From an uncultured actinomycete (GTDB lineage Bacteria; Actinomycetota; Acidimicrobiia; Spongiisociales; UBA5794), in NCBI GenBank assembly GCA_942491345.1, contig CALOAN010000020.1, positions 257,671-321,670 on the forward strand: 64,000 nucleotides of DNA. The letters are read 5' to 3'. Made by a program: the position numbers and the translations under genes. Position 1 is the stretch's first letter; every line of letters starts with the position of its first letter. Below are positions 27,440 to 36,141 of this stretch, in pieces. The notes beneath the pieces are model-generated. The model was not told the DNA's origin. It did not search any database and saw nothing but the letters and a program-made list of their open reading frames with translations.

Positions 27440-28617
27440 AGGCCGTTATGTGGTTCCTCGCAGCGGTGCTGATCGGTCTGGTCGTGTTCGAGATATCCAT
27501 GCAGCCGACCGCCGAGGATCGAGTACTGCTCGGACTGATCTTCGTGCTGGTCGCCGTGCTTGCCGGGCTCCTCGCGCTTGCGCTGCGGTGGGCCGGTCGC
27601 CGGTCTCACTCCATTCGGCGCAGTGTGCTGATCGTCGGACTCGCCGGGTTGGTGATTGCGGCGGTGACCGTGGGGATTGCCGCACAACAGATGTTCCTGT
27701 CGAGTCATGATCTCAACCTCTTGCTCGTGGTGCTCGTGTTCGCTGTGGCAACGACGGTTGCTTTTGCCGTCTCGGTCAGCGGTGATCTCACGAGGGACCT
27801 GGAAGCGACCGCCGCTGCAGCGCGGCGGGTTCAGGCTGGAGATCTCAGCGCCCGCACGGGTGTGGTTCGCGCCGACGAGGTCGGTACGGTCGCTGAGACG
27901 TTCGATCGCATGGCCGCCGACCTCGAGCAGCGTGACGCTGAGCGTCGCTCTCATGAGGCAGCTCGCCGCCAATTCCTCGCTGCCATCGGCCACGACCTTC
28001 GAACGCCGCTCGCGTCATTGCGTGCCGCGATCGAGGCTCTTGAAGACGGTTTGGCTCCCGACCCAGATCGGTACCTCCATTCGATGGACCGTGATGTGGC
28101 GGTCCTGAGCTCCCTGGTCGACGACCTCTTCCTGCTGTCGCGCCTCGAAGAGGGATCAGTCGAGATGGAGCGGGGGCCAATCGACATCACGGAGCTGGCC
28201 GACGAAGCCATCGAGATGCTCACACCGGTGGCGGTGTCGGCGGAGGTCCAACTGGAGCTGGTTGCCGGCCAGCGTGTCGTTGCCATGGGTGGATCCGAAG
28301 CGGTCAGCCGGGTTCTCCGCAACCTGCTCGACAACGCCATCCGATTCGCTCCGAGCGGGTCGGCCGTGACCGTTGAGGTTCTCGGCGAGGACGGGGCCGA
28401 GGTACGCGTGGTCGACGACGGTCCCGGGTTTGATCCGGCGTTTGTCGGTGAGGCGTTCGAACGGTTCAGTCGCGGTGACCCGTCACGGGAGCGCTCGACC
28501 GGGGGATCTGGCCTTGGTCTCGCCATCGCACGCGGCTTTGTCGAGGCGCTCGACGGATCGATCTGGGCCGAACCCGGCCCTGGTGGATGTGTGGGGTTCC
28601 GTCTCCCGGCCGCATGA
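27436..28617 (+). CDS. Sensor histidine kinase (HAMP-HisKA-HATPase)
   Basis: Two N-terminal TM segments, a HAMP region, H-box AAIGHDLRTPL, and N/G boxes LLDNAIRF and GSGLGLAI. ATGA overlap with the regulator gene. Confidence 0.85.
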   Translation: MKAVMWFLAAVLIGLVVFEISMQPTAEDRVLLGLIFVLVAVLAGLLALALRWAGRRSHSIRRSVLIVGLAGLVIAAVTVGIAAQQMFLSSHDLNLLLVVLVFAVATTVAFAVSVSGDLTRDLEATAAAARRVQAGDLSARTGVVRADEVGTVAETFDRMAADLEQRDAERRSHEAARRQFLAAIGHDLRTPLASLRAAIEALEDGLAPDPDRYLHSMDRDVAVLSSLVDDLFLLSRLEEGSVEMERGPIDITELADEAIEMLTPVAVSAEVQLELVAGQRVVAMGGSEAVSRVLRNLLDNAIRFAPSGSAVTVEVLGEDGAEVRVVDDGPGFDPAFVGEAFERFSRGDPSRERSTGGSGLGLAIARGFVEALDGSIWAEPGPGGCVGFRLPAA

Positions 28618-28621
28618 CTCA

Positions 28622-28663
28622 GAGTCGGCGGCACCCCGCCGGGTGACGCCGCAACGCCGACTC
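28622..28663 (+). terminator. Nested hairpin after the histidine kinase gene
   Basis: Outer 9-bp stem GAGTCGGCG / CGCCGACTC enclosing an inner CACCC-CGCC-GGGTG hairpin. Starts 5 nt after the stop codon. No U-tract. Confidence 0.4.
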
Positions 28664-28694
28664 GATTCAGTACGATCCCGCCGAGGAGGTCACC

Positions 28695-30239
28695 ATGACT
28701 CGATCGTCCGACACGCGCCCGCATTGGTCAGCCGCCATGCGCGATTACGACTGCCTCTCGGTCCGCAACGGGGTACTCCACATCGAAGGCGTCAGCACCG
28801 TGGATTTGGCCGAACAATTCGGCACGCCGTTGTTCGTGTTCTCCGAGGCGCAGATTCGCGAGAACCTGCGGCGCTTCCAACAAGCTTTTGCCACGGGCTG
28901 GCCCGGCCCGGTCGATGTGCTGCCCGCAATGAAAGCAAACACCCTCCTCGCCACCCGTCAGATCCTGTCGAACGAAGGAGCCGGCGCCGACATCTACTCA
29001 CCCGAAGAACTCGACGGTGTGCTGCAGACCGGTGTTGATCCGGAGCGGGTATCGGTCAACGGTGGCGGCAAGCCCAAGGAACACCTCCGCAACTGTGTTG
29101 ATGCCGGCGTGCGCATCACGATTGAAGATGTGCACGAGATCGATCTCATTCAGGAGGTCGCCGCCGGGCTTGGGAAGATCGCGAATGTCCGTTTTCGCGT
29201 CAAGCCAACGATGCCGAACCTCTGGCGCCCTACCGATTTTTCGCAGATGACCGTACCCATCGATCTCGGTGGGCAAGTCTACAAGTCGGGTATTCCGCCC
29301 GAGTATCTGGCGGAAATGGGTCACCGCGTCTTTGCGATGCCGAACGTCGAACTCGTTGGCCTGCACTTCCACTCTGGTCGCCATCACCCGAGCCTCTGGT
29401 ACTGGGAAGGCATGATGGTTCGATTCGCCCGGCTCGTAGGGGAGCTGAGCAGAGCGTGGGGCGGCTGGCAGCCCTCCGAGATCGACATCGGCGGCGGTAT
29501 GGCGAGTCCGCGGGATCCACACAACAAGGAGTTCCCGAGATCGGAATTCCTGCTGACGGCTCTCGGCTACCCGTTCCTTGTTGGGTTGCGAGGTCTCGGC
29601 GAGAAGACATACCACGCTCTGCTGGCGAGGATCCTTGCGGTCCTGACGAGCCAGAGCGACCCGAAGGCACCGCCGACCATCGAGGACTACGGGACGGCGA
29701 TCACTTCCGTCCTGCGTCGAGAGTTGAAAGCCAACGGAGTGGCGGTCGGTGGCGTGCGGCTGCAGATCGAGCCGGGGCGGGCGATGTACGGGGACACCGG
29801 GATCCATCTCGCCTCGGTCAAGACCGTGAAGCGGCAGACGAGCCCGATCCCTTATACGTGGGTCCTCACGGACACCACGTACTTCTTCCTGGCGGGCGGT
29901 GTCTTCGAGCACAATCGGCATCCGTTCGTGTTCGTCGAACAACCGGAAGCCCCAGCAATTCAGACAGCCGATATCGTGGGCCATTCGTGCTACGCCGACC
30001 AAATCGTTCTCGGCGCCCGCGTCCCCGAGGTCGAAGCAGGTGACATCGTGGCATTGCTCGAGACCGGGGCATACCAGGAGAGCTCGGCGTCGAATTTCAA
30101 CTCCCTGCCGCGCCCGGCGTCGGTACTCGTCAACGGCAACGAGGCGGAGCTGATCAAACGAGCTGAGACGATCGGAGATGTCTACGGCCGGGATGTGATA
30201 CCGGACCGGCTCAGGCACGCCGGAGAACCGGCGACATGA
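28695..30239 (+). CDS. PLP-dependent decarboxylase, Orn/DAP/Arg decarboxylase (alanine racemase fold) family, long form
   Basis: 514 aa. PLFVFSEAQIR, PLP-lysine context LPAMKANT, EPGRAMYG, and C-terminal GAYQESSASNFNSLPRPA. Carries an internal insertion relative to LysA-sized proteins. Confidence 0.8.
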   Translation: MTRSSDTRPHWSAAMRDYDCLSVRNGVLHIEGVSTVDLAEQFGTPLFVFSEAQIRENLRRFQQAFATGWPGPVDVLPAMKANTLLATRQILSNEGAGADIYSPEELDGVLQTGVDPERVSVNGGGKPKEHLRNCVDAGVRITIEDVHEIDLIQEVAAGLGKIANVRFRVKPTMPNLWRPTDFSQMTVPIDLGGQVYKSGIPPEYLAEMGHRVFAMPNVELVGLHFHSGRHHPSLWYWEGMMVRFARLVGELSRAWGGWQPSEIDIGGGMASPRDPHNKEFPRSEFLLTALGYPFLVGLRGLGEKTYHALLARILAVLTSQSDPKAPPTIEDYGTAITSVLRRELKANGVAVGGVRLQIEPGRAMYGDTGIHLASVKTVKRQTSPIPYTWVLTDTTYFFLAGGVFEHNRHPFVFVEQPEAPAIQTADIVGHSCYADQIVLGARVPEVEAGDIVALLETGAYQESSASNFNSLPRPASVLVNGNEAELIKRAETIGDVYGRDVIPDRLRHAGEPAT

Positions 30240-30667
30240 CGGACAGCCCCGTGACATGGGTGATCGCCGCACTCGAGGTGATCACAGCCCTCGGAATCGC
30301 CGCCTATTGGATCATGTGGTTCCGGACACCTCACGACGAGCCCTGGCTGCCGGATGGCTACGTGGACCACGAGGCACCATTCGTTTTCACCGACACGATC
30401 CTCGCCATGGTGCTGGTCGCCGCTGCGGCGCTCCAGGTAACTCATGAACCTGCCACTTCTGCGGCCGTGCTGGTGTCGGGTGGCCGTCCGGTGGGGGACT
30501 CGTTGGGCCTGATCGCCGCGGGGATGCTGATGTTTCTCGGCATCTTGGATCTTGCCTACTTTGCGAGGACGGGTCTGTTCAAGCGGGAACATGAGGGCAT
30601 CATCAACGCAGGCGTGGTGATCGGCACGTTGACGTTGGCCGTCGTCCTCATCGTGCGCTTCGTCTGA
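30236..30667 (+). CDS. Small hypothetical membrane protein (about 4 TM)
   Basis: 143 aa. ATGA overlap with the decarboxylase gene. Hydrophobic segments throughout. Confidence 0.6.
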   Translation: MTDSPVTWVIAALEVITALGIAAYWIMWFRTPHDEPWLPDGYVDHEAPFVFTDTILAMVLVAAAALQVTHEPATSAAVLVSGGRPVGDSLGLIAAGMLMFLGILDLAYFARTGLFKREHEGIINAGVVIGTLTLAVVLIVRFV

Positions 30668-31473
30668 TGCAGTATCGAGGTGTCCACTCGATCGTCACCG
30701 GCGGGTCGTCCGGAATCGGTCGGGCGCTCGTGGCCCGGCTCGTGGATCGCGGTTCCCAGGTCTCGATCCTAGCGCTCGACGACGCCGACCTCGAGCGTGT
30801 CGCCGCCGACTATGCCGATGCGGCGGGAACCGTCACGACCTACGCCGTTGATGTCGGCGACGAGGAACAGGTCCAGGCGTCCGTCGCGGATGCCGCCACC
30901 TTGCACGGGCCGTGTGACCTGCTCATCACGTCGGCGGGGATCGTTCGGCCGGGTCACTTCCTCGAACTCCCCGACGGTGAGTTCGAACGAGAGATGCGGG
31001 TGAACTTCTTCGGAACGCTCTACGCAATCCGGGCGGTGGCCCCTTCGATGATGGAGCGTCGGAGCGGACGCATCGTCGCCATCTCATCGGCCGCCGGCCT
31101 GCTCGGGGTGTTCGGATACTCGGCCTATGGCTCCACGAAGTACGCGGTGCGGGGTCTCTGTGACGTGCTACGCACAGAGCTCAAGCCGCATGACGTGTAC
31201 GTCGGGTGTGTGTTCCCGACCGACGTGGATACCCCCCAGTTTGCAGGCGAGCGGCCGTACCTTCCCGACGAGGCGAAGGCGATCTCCGGCACGGTGACAC
31301 CGATCTCGCCGGAGAAGGCGGCCGCCGCCATCCTGCGGGGTGTCGATCGACGAACGGCCAACATCTTCACGGACCCGACAACGACCGTCCTCGATCGGCT
31401 CGTCCGCGTGGCCCCCGGCATGACGCAGCGATGGCTCGATCGCAAGGTCGCGGGGGTTGCGGACGATCGCTAG
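30667..31473 (+). CDS. SDR family oxidoreductase (TGGSSGIG type, ketosphinganine-reductase-like subgroup by motif)
   Basis: 268 aa. TGGSSGIGRA cofactor motif, catalytic YGSTKYA (YxxxK). TGATG overlap with the preceding gene. Confidence 0.85.
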   Translation: MQYRGVHSIVTGGSSGIGRALVARLVDRGSQVSILALDDADLERVAADYADAAGTVTTYAVDVGDEEQVQASVADAATLHGPCDLLITSAGIVRPGHFLELPDGEFEREMRVNFFGTLYAIRAVAPSMMERRSGRIVAISSAAGLLGVFGYSAYGSTKYAVRGLCDVLRTELKPHDVYVGCVFPTDVDTPQFAGERPYLPDEAKAISGTVTPISPEKAAAAILRGVDRRTANIFTDPTTTVLDRLVRVAPGMTQRWLDRKVAGVADDR

Positions 31474-31550
31474 AACGGTCCGGTTGTCGAACCTCGAGGA
31501 GTCTGGCATCGTGGCAGCACCACGCAGTACGCTCCGCTCCGGAGGAGTTG

Positions 31551-32222
31551 ATGTCGAGAGTTGTCGGTGCAGACGTTTGGAAACGTGGGTGGATTGCCGT
31601 CGTCACCCTCGATGGTTGGATCGCCTCGATCGACGCCTACGAGACCATGGCCGAACTCGCAGCGGCCGAGCCCGATGCCGAGGTCATCGCGGTCGACATC
31701 CCGATCGGGCTGCCCGTGGCGCCACCTCGCGCCGCTGATTCCGCTGCGCGACACTTCATCGGCGCCCGCTCTTCGAGCGTGTTCCCGACCCCACCTCGCG
31801 ATGTGCTCGAAGCAGACACGTATCAGGATGCGCTGCGACTCTCTCGCAAGCGCTACGGCGTGGGCCTGACGGCACAGAGCTACGCGTTGCGTCGGCGAAT
31901 CCTCGAGACCGACGTGGTTGCGCGGTCGGACCCGAGGTTGATCGAGATCCATCCGGAAGTCACCTTTCGTGCCCTCGCCGGTCGAAACATCGCCTATTCG
32001 AAGAAGAGCTGGAACGGACACGCCGAACGCCGACGGCTTCTCTCCGGTGTCGGACTGTCGCTGCCCGATCGCCTTCCCGACGCCGTGGGCAGGGTCCCAT
32101 CCGACGACGTGCTGGATGCCGCAGCCGGTGCCTGGACGGCCGCTCGTTATGCGGCGGGCGAAGCACGATCCCTTCCCGAGGAGACGCCACTCCCCGGTTT
32201 CGGCGAGGTGATCTGGTACTGA
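31551..32222 (+). CDS. DUF429 domain protein
   Basis: VVGADVWKRGWIAV and AVDIPIGLP match my recollection of the DUF429 family. ATG at 31551 follows a GGAGGAG RBS. The upstream part of track ORF 31206 overlaps the SDR gene. Confidence 0.65.
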   Translation: MSRVVGADVWKRGWIAVVTLDGWIASIDAYETMAELAAAEPDAEVIAVDIPIGLPVAPPRAADSAARHFIGARSSSVFPTPPRDVLEADTYQDALRLSRKRYGVGLTAQSYALRRRILETDVVARSDPRLIEIHPEVTFRALAGRNIAYSKKSWNGHAERRRLLSGVGLSLPDRLPDAVGRVPSDDVLDAAAGAWTAARYAAGEARSLPEETPLPGFGEVIWY

Positions 32223-32390
32223 GGATCCCGACAGATCGGGTGAAGTGAAGCTGGGCTTCCCACACCTGGAGTGCGCAGTTGGAGGGGATCCCGCCTCACC
32301 GGCGAGCCCAATCCCTCTGTGTCCATGATGGGTGAGACAGTTTCTGGTTTCGTGTTCTGAGTATTGAGGGCGTGGAAGGAATCGATCATT

Positions 32391-32831
32391 GTGGAGAAGA
32401 AACGAGCGATCTACGACGCCGATACGTGGCATGTCGATGACGGTGTCGCTACTGACGGGTCTGGGCGGCCGCCGATCAAGAACCCGGTCCGCCGGTCGTT
32501 CAGTCCCGAGTACAAGCTCTCGATCCTCGCCGAATATGACCGGGCATCCGAGACCGGTGAGAAGGGCGCCATCCTGCGCAGAGAGGGCCTGTATTCGAGT
32601 CTCATCACCGATTGGCGCAGACAGCACCGTCAAGGGCTGCTGAAAGCCGCTGTTGGGCGCAGTGACGGTGGCCGGGGCGGCCCGTCCCGCTCGGAGGTCG
32701 CCAAGCTACGGGTCGAGAACGAACGCCTGAACACCAAACTCGCCCAGGCCGAGGCGGTGATCCAGGTTCAGGGAAAAGTGCACGCGCTCTTGGAGGAGAT
32801 CTCGAAGAGCGCGGACACCGACGAGTCGTGA
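32391..32831 (+). CDS. IS3 family transposase OrfA (HTH)
   Basis: RRSFSPEYKLSILAEY...GAILRREGLYSSLITDWRRQ is the typical IS3 OrfA HTH, followed by a leucine-zipper-like C-terminus. The ORF opens at 32364. Confidence 0.85.
   Translation: MEKKRAIYDADTWHVDDGVATDGSGRPPIKNPVRRSFSPEYKLSILAEYDRASETGEKGAILRREGLYSSLITDWRRQHRQGLLKAAVGRSDGGRGGPSRSEVAKLRVENERLNTKLAQAEAVIQVQGKVHALLEEISKSADTDES
32771..32812 (+). promoter_or_regulatory. Candidate programmed -1 ribosomal frameshift signal (slippery G GGA AAA plus downstream hairpin)
   Basis: Heptamer at 32771-32777 is in X XXY YYZ phase with orfA. After a 6-nt spacer comes the 8-bp stem GCGCTCTT (32784-32791) / AAGAGCGC (32805-32812). The -1 frame is open into orfB. 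Confidence 0.55.
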
Positions 32832-33835
32832 CCGACATCTTGGACGCCGGCGTCGACGAACTCGCCCCGATCGTTGGACGGAAGCGGGCGTGTGAGGCGC
32901 TCGGACGGTCTCGTGCCAGCCACTACCGGCAGCGGCAAGGGCCCCGTTACGGGCCTGCGAAACCGCGACGCTCACATCGGGCCCTATCACCCGCCGAGGC
33001 TCAAACGGTGGTCGCGACGCTCAACGACGAACGGTTCTGCGACAAAGCCCCCGCCCAGGTGTGGGCCACCCTGTTGGACGAAGGCACCTATCTGGCTTCG
33101 GTCTCGACCATGTATCGCCTGTTACGCGAACGACACCAGGTCAGGGAACGCCGAGCCCAGGCTCGCCGCCCGGCGCTGATCAAACCCGAACTCGTCGCCG
33201 TCGCCCCAAACGAGGTGTGGAGCTGGGACATCACCAAACTCGCCGGACCCTACAAATGGACCTGGTACCAGCTCTACACGATCCTCGACATCTACTCCCG
33301 CTACGTCGTCGGTTGGCTCATCGCACCCACAGAATCAGCGAAACTCGCCGAACAACTCATCGCCGACGCCATCTACACCCACAACGTCGCCCAAGACCAG
33401 CTGACGCTGCATGCCGATAGGGGCAGCTCGATGACGTCTCGCACCGTCTCCCAACTCCTCGCCGACCTCGGCGTCCTCCAGAGCCACTCGAGGCCGCACC
33501 AGTCCAACGACAACCCCTACTCCGAATCACAATTCAAAACCCTCAAATACTCGCCGACGTTTCCAAAACGGTTCACGAACATCACTGCAGCCCGGTCGTT
33601 CTGCGCAGCGTTCTTCGACCACTACAACAACGAACACCGCCACTCCGGCATCGGTCTCAACACACCAGCCAACGTCCACTACGGACTCGACGAAATCGTG
33701 CGAGAGAAACGCCAAGGAGTCCTCGACACCGCCTACACCCAGCACCCGGAACGTTTCCGGAAACCACCCCAAGCACCCGAAGTGCCCCAAGCCACCTGGA
33801 TCAACCAACCCGAGGAGAAACCCGACGACAACTGA
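32828..33835 (+). CDS. IS3 family transposase OrfB (DDE integrase core)
   Basis: 335 aa. WSWDITKL, LHADRGSSMTS and SRPHQSNDNPYSESQFKTLKY are the rve/DDE core motifs of IS3 transposases. Confidence 0.9.
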   Translation: MTDILDAGVDELAPIVGRKRACEALGRSRASHYRQRQGPRYGPAKPRRSHRALSPAEAQTVVATLNDERFCDKAPAQVWATLLDEGTYLASVSTMYRLLRERHQVRERRAQARRPALIKPELVAVAPNEVWSWDITKLAGPYKWTWYQLYTILDIYSRYVVGWLIAPTESAKLAEQLIADAIYTHNVAQDQLTLHADRGSSMTSRTVSQLLADLGVLQSHSRPHQSNDNPYSESQFKTLKYSPTFPKRFTNITAARSFCAAFFDHYNNEHRHSGIGLNTPANVHYGLDEIVREKRQGVLDTAYTQHPERFRKPPQAPEVPQATWINQPEEKPDDN

Positions 33836-33943
33836 GCAACCCGTGTCTCAAACTCCTTGACACCTACCGAATACGCCGAATCTGTCACAGGGACTCCCTA
33901 CGCTGAGGTCCCGAGACCAAGGAATGGAAGAGAGGCCGCCAAC

Positions 33944-35086
33944 GTGGAAGTCGCACTGATTGTTCTGGCGGTGGCGCTCGTTGTGATCGCGGGCGTGATC
34001 GTGTGGGTCGTGCTCCGTCGAGAGAACACCGCGACCAGGGAAGTCGACCAGCGCATCGAGCAGCTCGCAGGCGCCCAGGAGCGGTCGCAGGAGAACCTGT
34101 CGGGCCAGCTGAAGATGCTCACCGACCAGCAGAGTGCCGCGACCGCCGCAACCACGAAGGCGTTCCAGGAATCGGCGGAGCGGTTGACGAAGGCGATGAA
34201 TGATCGCCTCGAGCAGGTCCAAGACCGTATGGGCCAAAGCCTCCAGAAGTCATCGAAGGAGACCGCCGAATCGGTCACGAAACTCACTGAGCGGCTGTCG
34301 GTGATCGACCAGGCGCAGCAGAACATCACGAAGCTGTCGACTGAGGTTGTTGGGCTGCAACACATTCTCGACGACAAACAAGCCCGCGGAGCGTTCGGCG
34401 AGGTTCAGCTCGAAGCGATCGTCGAAGATGCGCTCCCGGCGACGGCTTACGAGTTCCAGAGTGTTCTTGCGAACGGGAGGCGGGCCGACTGCCTCATCAA
34501 GCTCCCGAATCCCCCCGGGTCGGTGGTCGTCGACGCGAAGTTCCCGCTCACTGCGTACCGCAACATGTTGAACGCGGAAGACAACACGGCACGGGCCGCC
34601 TCCGCGAAGCAGCTCGGAGAAGACGTGAAGAAACACGTTCGCGACATTGCTGAGCGCTACATCATTCCCGGGGAGACGGCGGACTCGGCCCTGATGTTTC
34701 TGCCGTCCGAGGCCGTCTACGCCGAGCTGCACGCTCACCACCCGGCGATCATCGACGCCAGCTACAAGGCGAGGGTCTACATCGTCTCACCGACGACCAT
34801 GATGGCGACGCTCACCACCGTCCGGGCGGTCCTGCGAGACGTTGAAATGCGCAAACAGGCGGGCGTCATCCAGACGGAGGTCGGCACCATGCTCACCGAC
34901 GTCGGCCGCCTCTCAGAACGGGTCACGCATCTCAGGAAGCACTTTGATCAAGCGAATCGAGATATTGACCAGATTGAGACCTCGGCCACCAAGGTACAGA
35001 CGCGCGGCACACGCATCCACGAGCTGGATCTCGGCGAGACCGAGAAGGAGGTGCTGCCGGCGCCGGACCCGACCTTGCTGGACTAG
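33944..35086 (+). CDS. rmuC: DNA recombination protein RmuC
   Basis: N-terminal TM helix, a coiled-coil region, and the RmuC core FGEVQLEAIVEDALP...VVVDAKFPLTAY. GTG at 33944 chosen; the track ORF opens at 33857, only 7 nt from the putative IS end. Confidence 0.85.
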   Translation: MEVALIVLAVALVVIAGVIVWVVLRRENTATREVDQRIEQLAGAQERSQENLSGQLKMLTDQQSAATAATTKAFQESAERLTKAMNDRLEQVQDRMGQSLQKSSKETAESVTKLTERLSVIDQAQQNITKLSTEVVGLQHILDDKQARGAFGEVQLEAIVEDALPATAYEFQSVLANGRRADCLIKLPNPPGSVVVDAKFPLTAYRNMLNAEDNTARAASAKQLGEDVKKHVRDIAERYIIPGETADSALMFLPSEAVYAELHAHHPAIIDASYKARVYIVSPTTMMATLTTVRAVLRDVEMRKQAGVIQTEVGTMLTDVGRLSERVTHLRKHFDQANRDIDQIETSATKVQTRGTRIHELDLGETEKEVLPAPDPTLLD

Positions 35087-35162
35087 CACGCGTAGCCGGG
35101 GTTGGCGACGGCCTGTTTGGCGTCGTGAGCCCACAGAATGAAGGCAAACGAAAGCCCGCACC

Positions 35163-35654
35163 ATGCAACCGAAGCAAGAAGAGTCGACCACGCGGATCCC
35201 GCGGCACGAACACCGGGTCCGCACGTTCAGCCGCAACTATGGACTCATCACCGGACTCGGCGATCGTCATGCTGTCGAGCCCGATGGGGCCCGGGAGTTG
35301 GTGCGTTTCGTGACCGGGCGGTTTGACGTGGTGGAGCCCGACCTGGCCTTCAATCGGCGCCGGCGCCCCGATACGGGTCAGTGTTGGGCACCGAGGTGGC
35401 GGGCGGTTGAGCAACACGGCGAGTCGCGAATCCAAGCCTGGGAGCGGCACTACCAACGGGACTACCCCTCAGACGGTCAGATCCGTCTCGGGACGACGAC
35501 GTCTGTTCGGACGCTCGCTCACGAACTCGCGCACCACCTCGTCCACGTGCTCGAACCTGCGCGTACGCCGGCACACGGCAAGGTATGGGTGGGTCGATTC
35601 GATGATGCGATGGAGCTGATCGCCGAGTGTCTCGAAGCCCCTATCCCTGGCTGA
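35163..35654 (+). CDS. Hypothetical protein with an HExxH zinc-metallopeptidase-like motif (SprT/YgjP-like)
   Basis: 163 aa. LAHELAHHLVH followed by PAHGKVWV resembles the HExxH...H..FW arrangement of SprT/DUF45-type proteins. Confidence 0.5.
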   Translation: MQPKQEESTTRIPRHEHRVRTFSRNYGLITGLGDRHAVEPDGARELVRFVTGRFDVVEPDLAFNRRRRPDTGQCWAPRWRAVEQHGESRIQAWERHYQRDYPSDGQIRLGTTTSVRTLAHELAHHLVHVLEPARTPAHGKVWVGRFDDAMELIAECLEAPIPG

Positions 35655-35733
35655 TCGCAGTTCGGTGTTGGCATCCTCAGGACCACGACCTATCTCCGTA
35701 CCCGACGAATAGTCGGAAATCGGACGATTCACG

Positions 35734-36141
35734 GTGGACTCAACTCGACTGTGCGTTGATCTAGTCATGACTACACAGGCACTCGCTCGTCCCGGTCTTC
35801 GTCGCGTCCTCGTTTGGAGCGTGGCCCTGGCCGGGCTCTGGGTCGGCGTGGCCCTGATCCGTCCGACGTCCACGTTTCACCTCGCTCCGCTCCTCATCGC
35901 GGCGGCTGCGCCGGTGCTGTTCACACTGGATGGCGACAACCGAGCTGAATGGGCAACGGTGTTGCGCCTCGCGGCCGGCGGCATCGCCCTTGCGCTGGCT
36001 GCGACGTTCGCTGTTTCCGTCCTGGGAGCAATGCAAGGTCCCCCGTTCGAGGGCTTCTCAGGTCCCCTCGTCGAGGCTGTGGTGCTCACCGCCGTCGGGG
36101 CTGCCGCCGGCATCGGTTTTGCCTGGTGGAGGCAGCGCTGA
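35734..36141 (+). CDS. Hypothetical membrane protein (about 4 TM)
   Basis: 135 aa, hydrophobic throughout. Abuts the stop of the convergent Crp gene. Confidence 0.5.
   Translation: MDSTRLCVDLVMTTQALARPGLRRVLVWSVALAGLWVGVALIRPTSTFHLAPLLIAAAAPVLFTLDGDNRAEWATVLRLAAGGIALALAATFAVSVLGAMQGPPFEGFSGPLVEAVVLTAVGAAAGIGFAWWRQR

Larger units (their letters stand above)
32333..33850 (+). mobile_element. IS3 family insertion sequence (orfA/orfB); ends only approximately placed
   Basis: Two overlapping transposase ORFs with orfB in the -1 frame. Candidate termini TGAGACA (32333) and TGTCTCA (33850) match over only 7 nt, so the boundaries are uncertain. Confidence 0.7.

Noticed and set aside
32241-32247. 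TGAAGTG (IS911-like terminal sequence) as an alternative left end of the IS3 element.
   Set aside because: I could not find a convincing complementary CACTTCA-type right end downstream of orfB. I kept the TGAGACA/TGTCTCA pair as the tentative ends.
32253-32310. tRNA-like fragment just left of the IS element (GGGCTTC ... GAGCCCA could pair as an acceptor stem).
   Set aside because: It is only 58 nt long, with no T-arm (no GTTCRANYC) or anticodon arm that folds. This is not enough to call a tRNA or a tRNA remnant.
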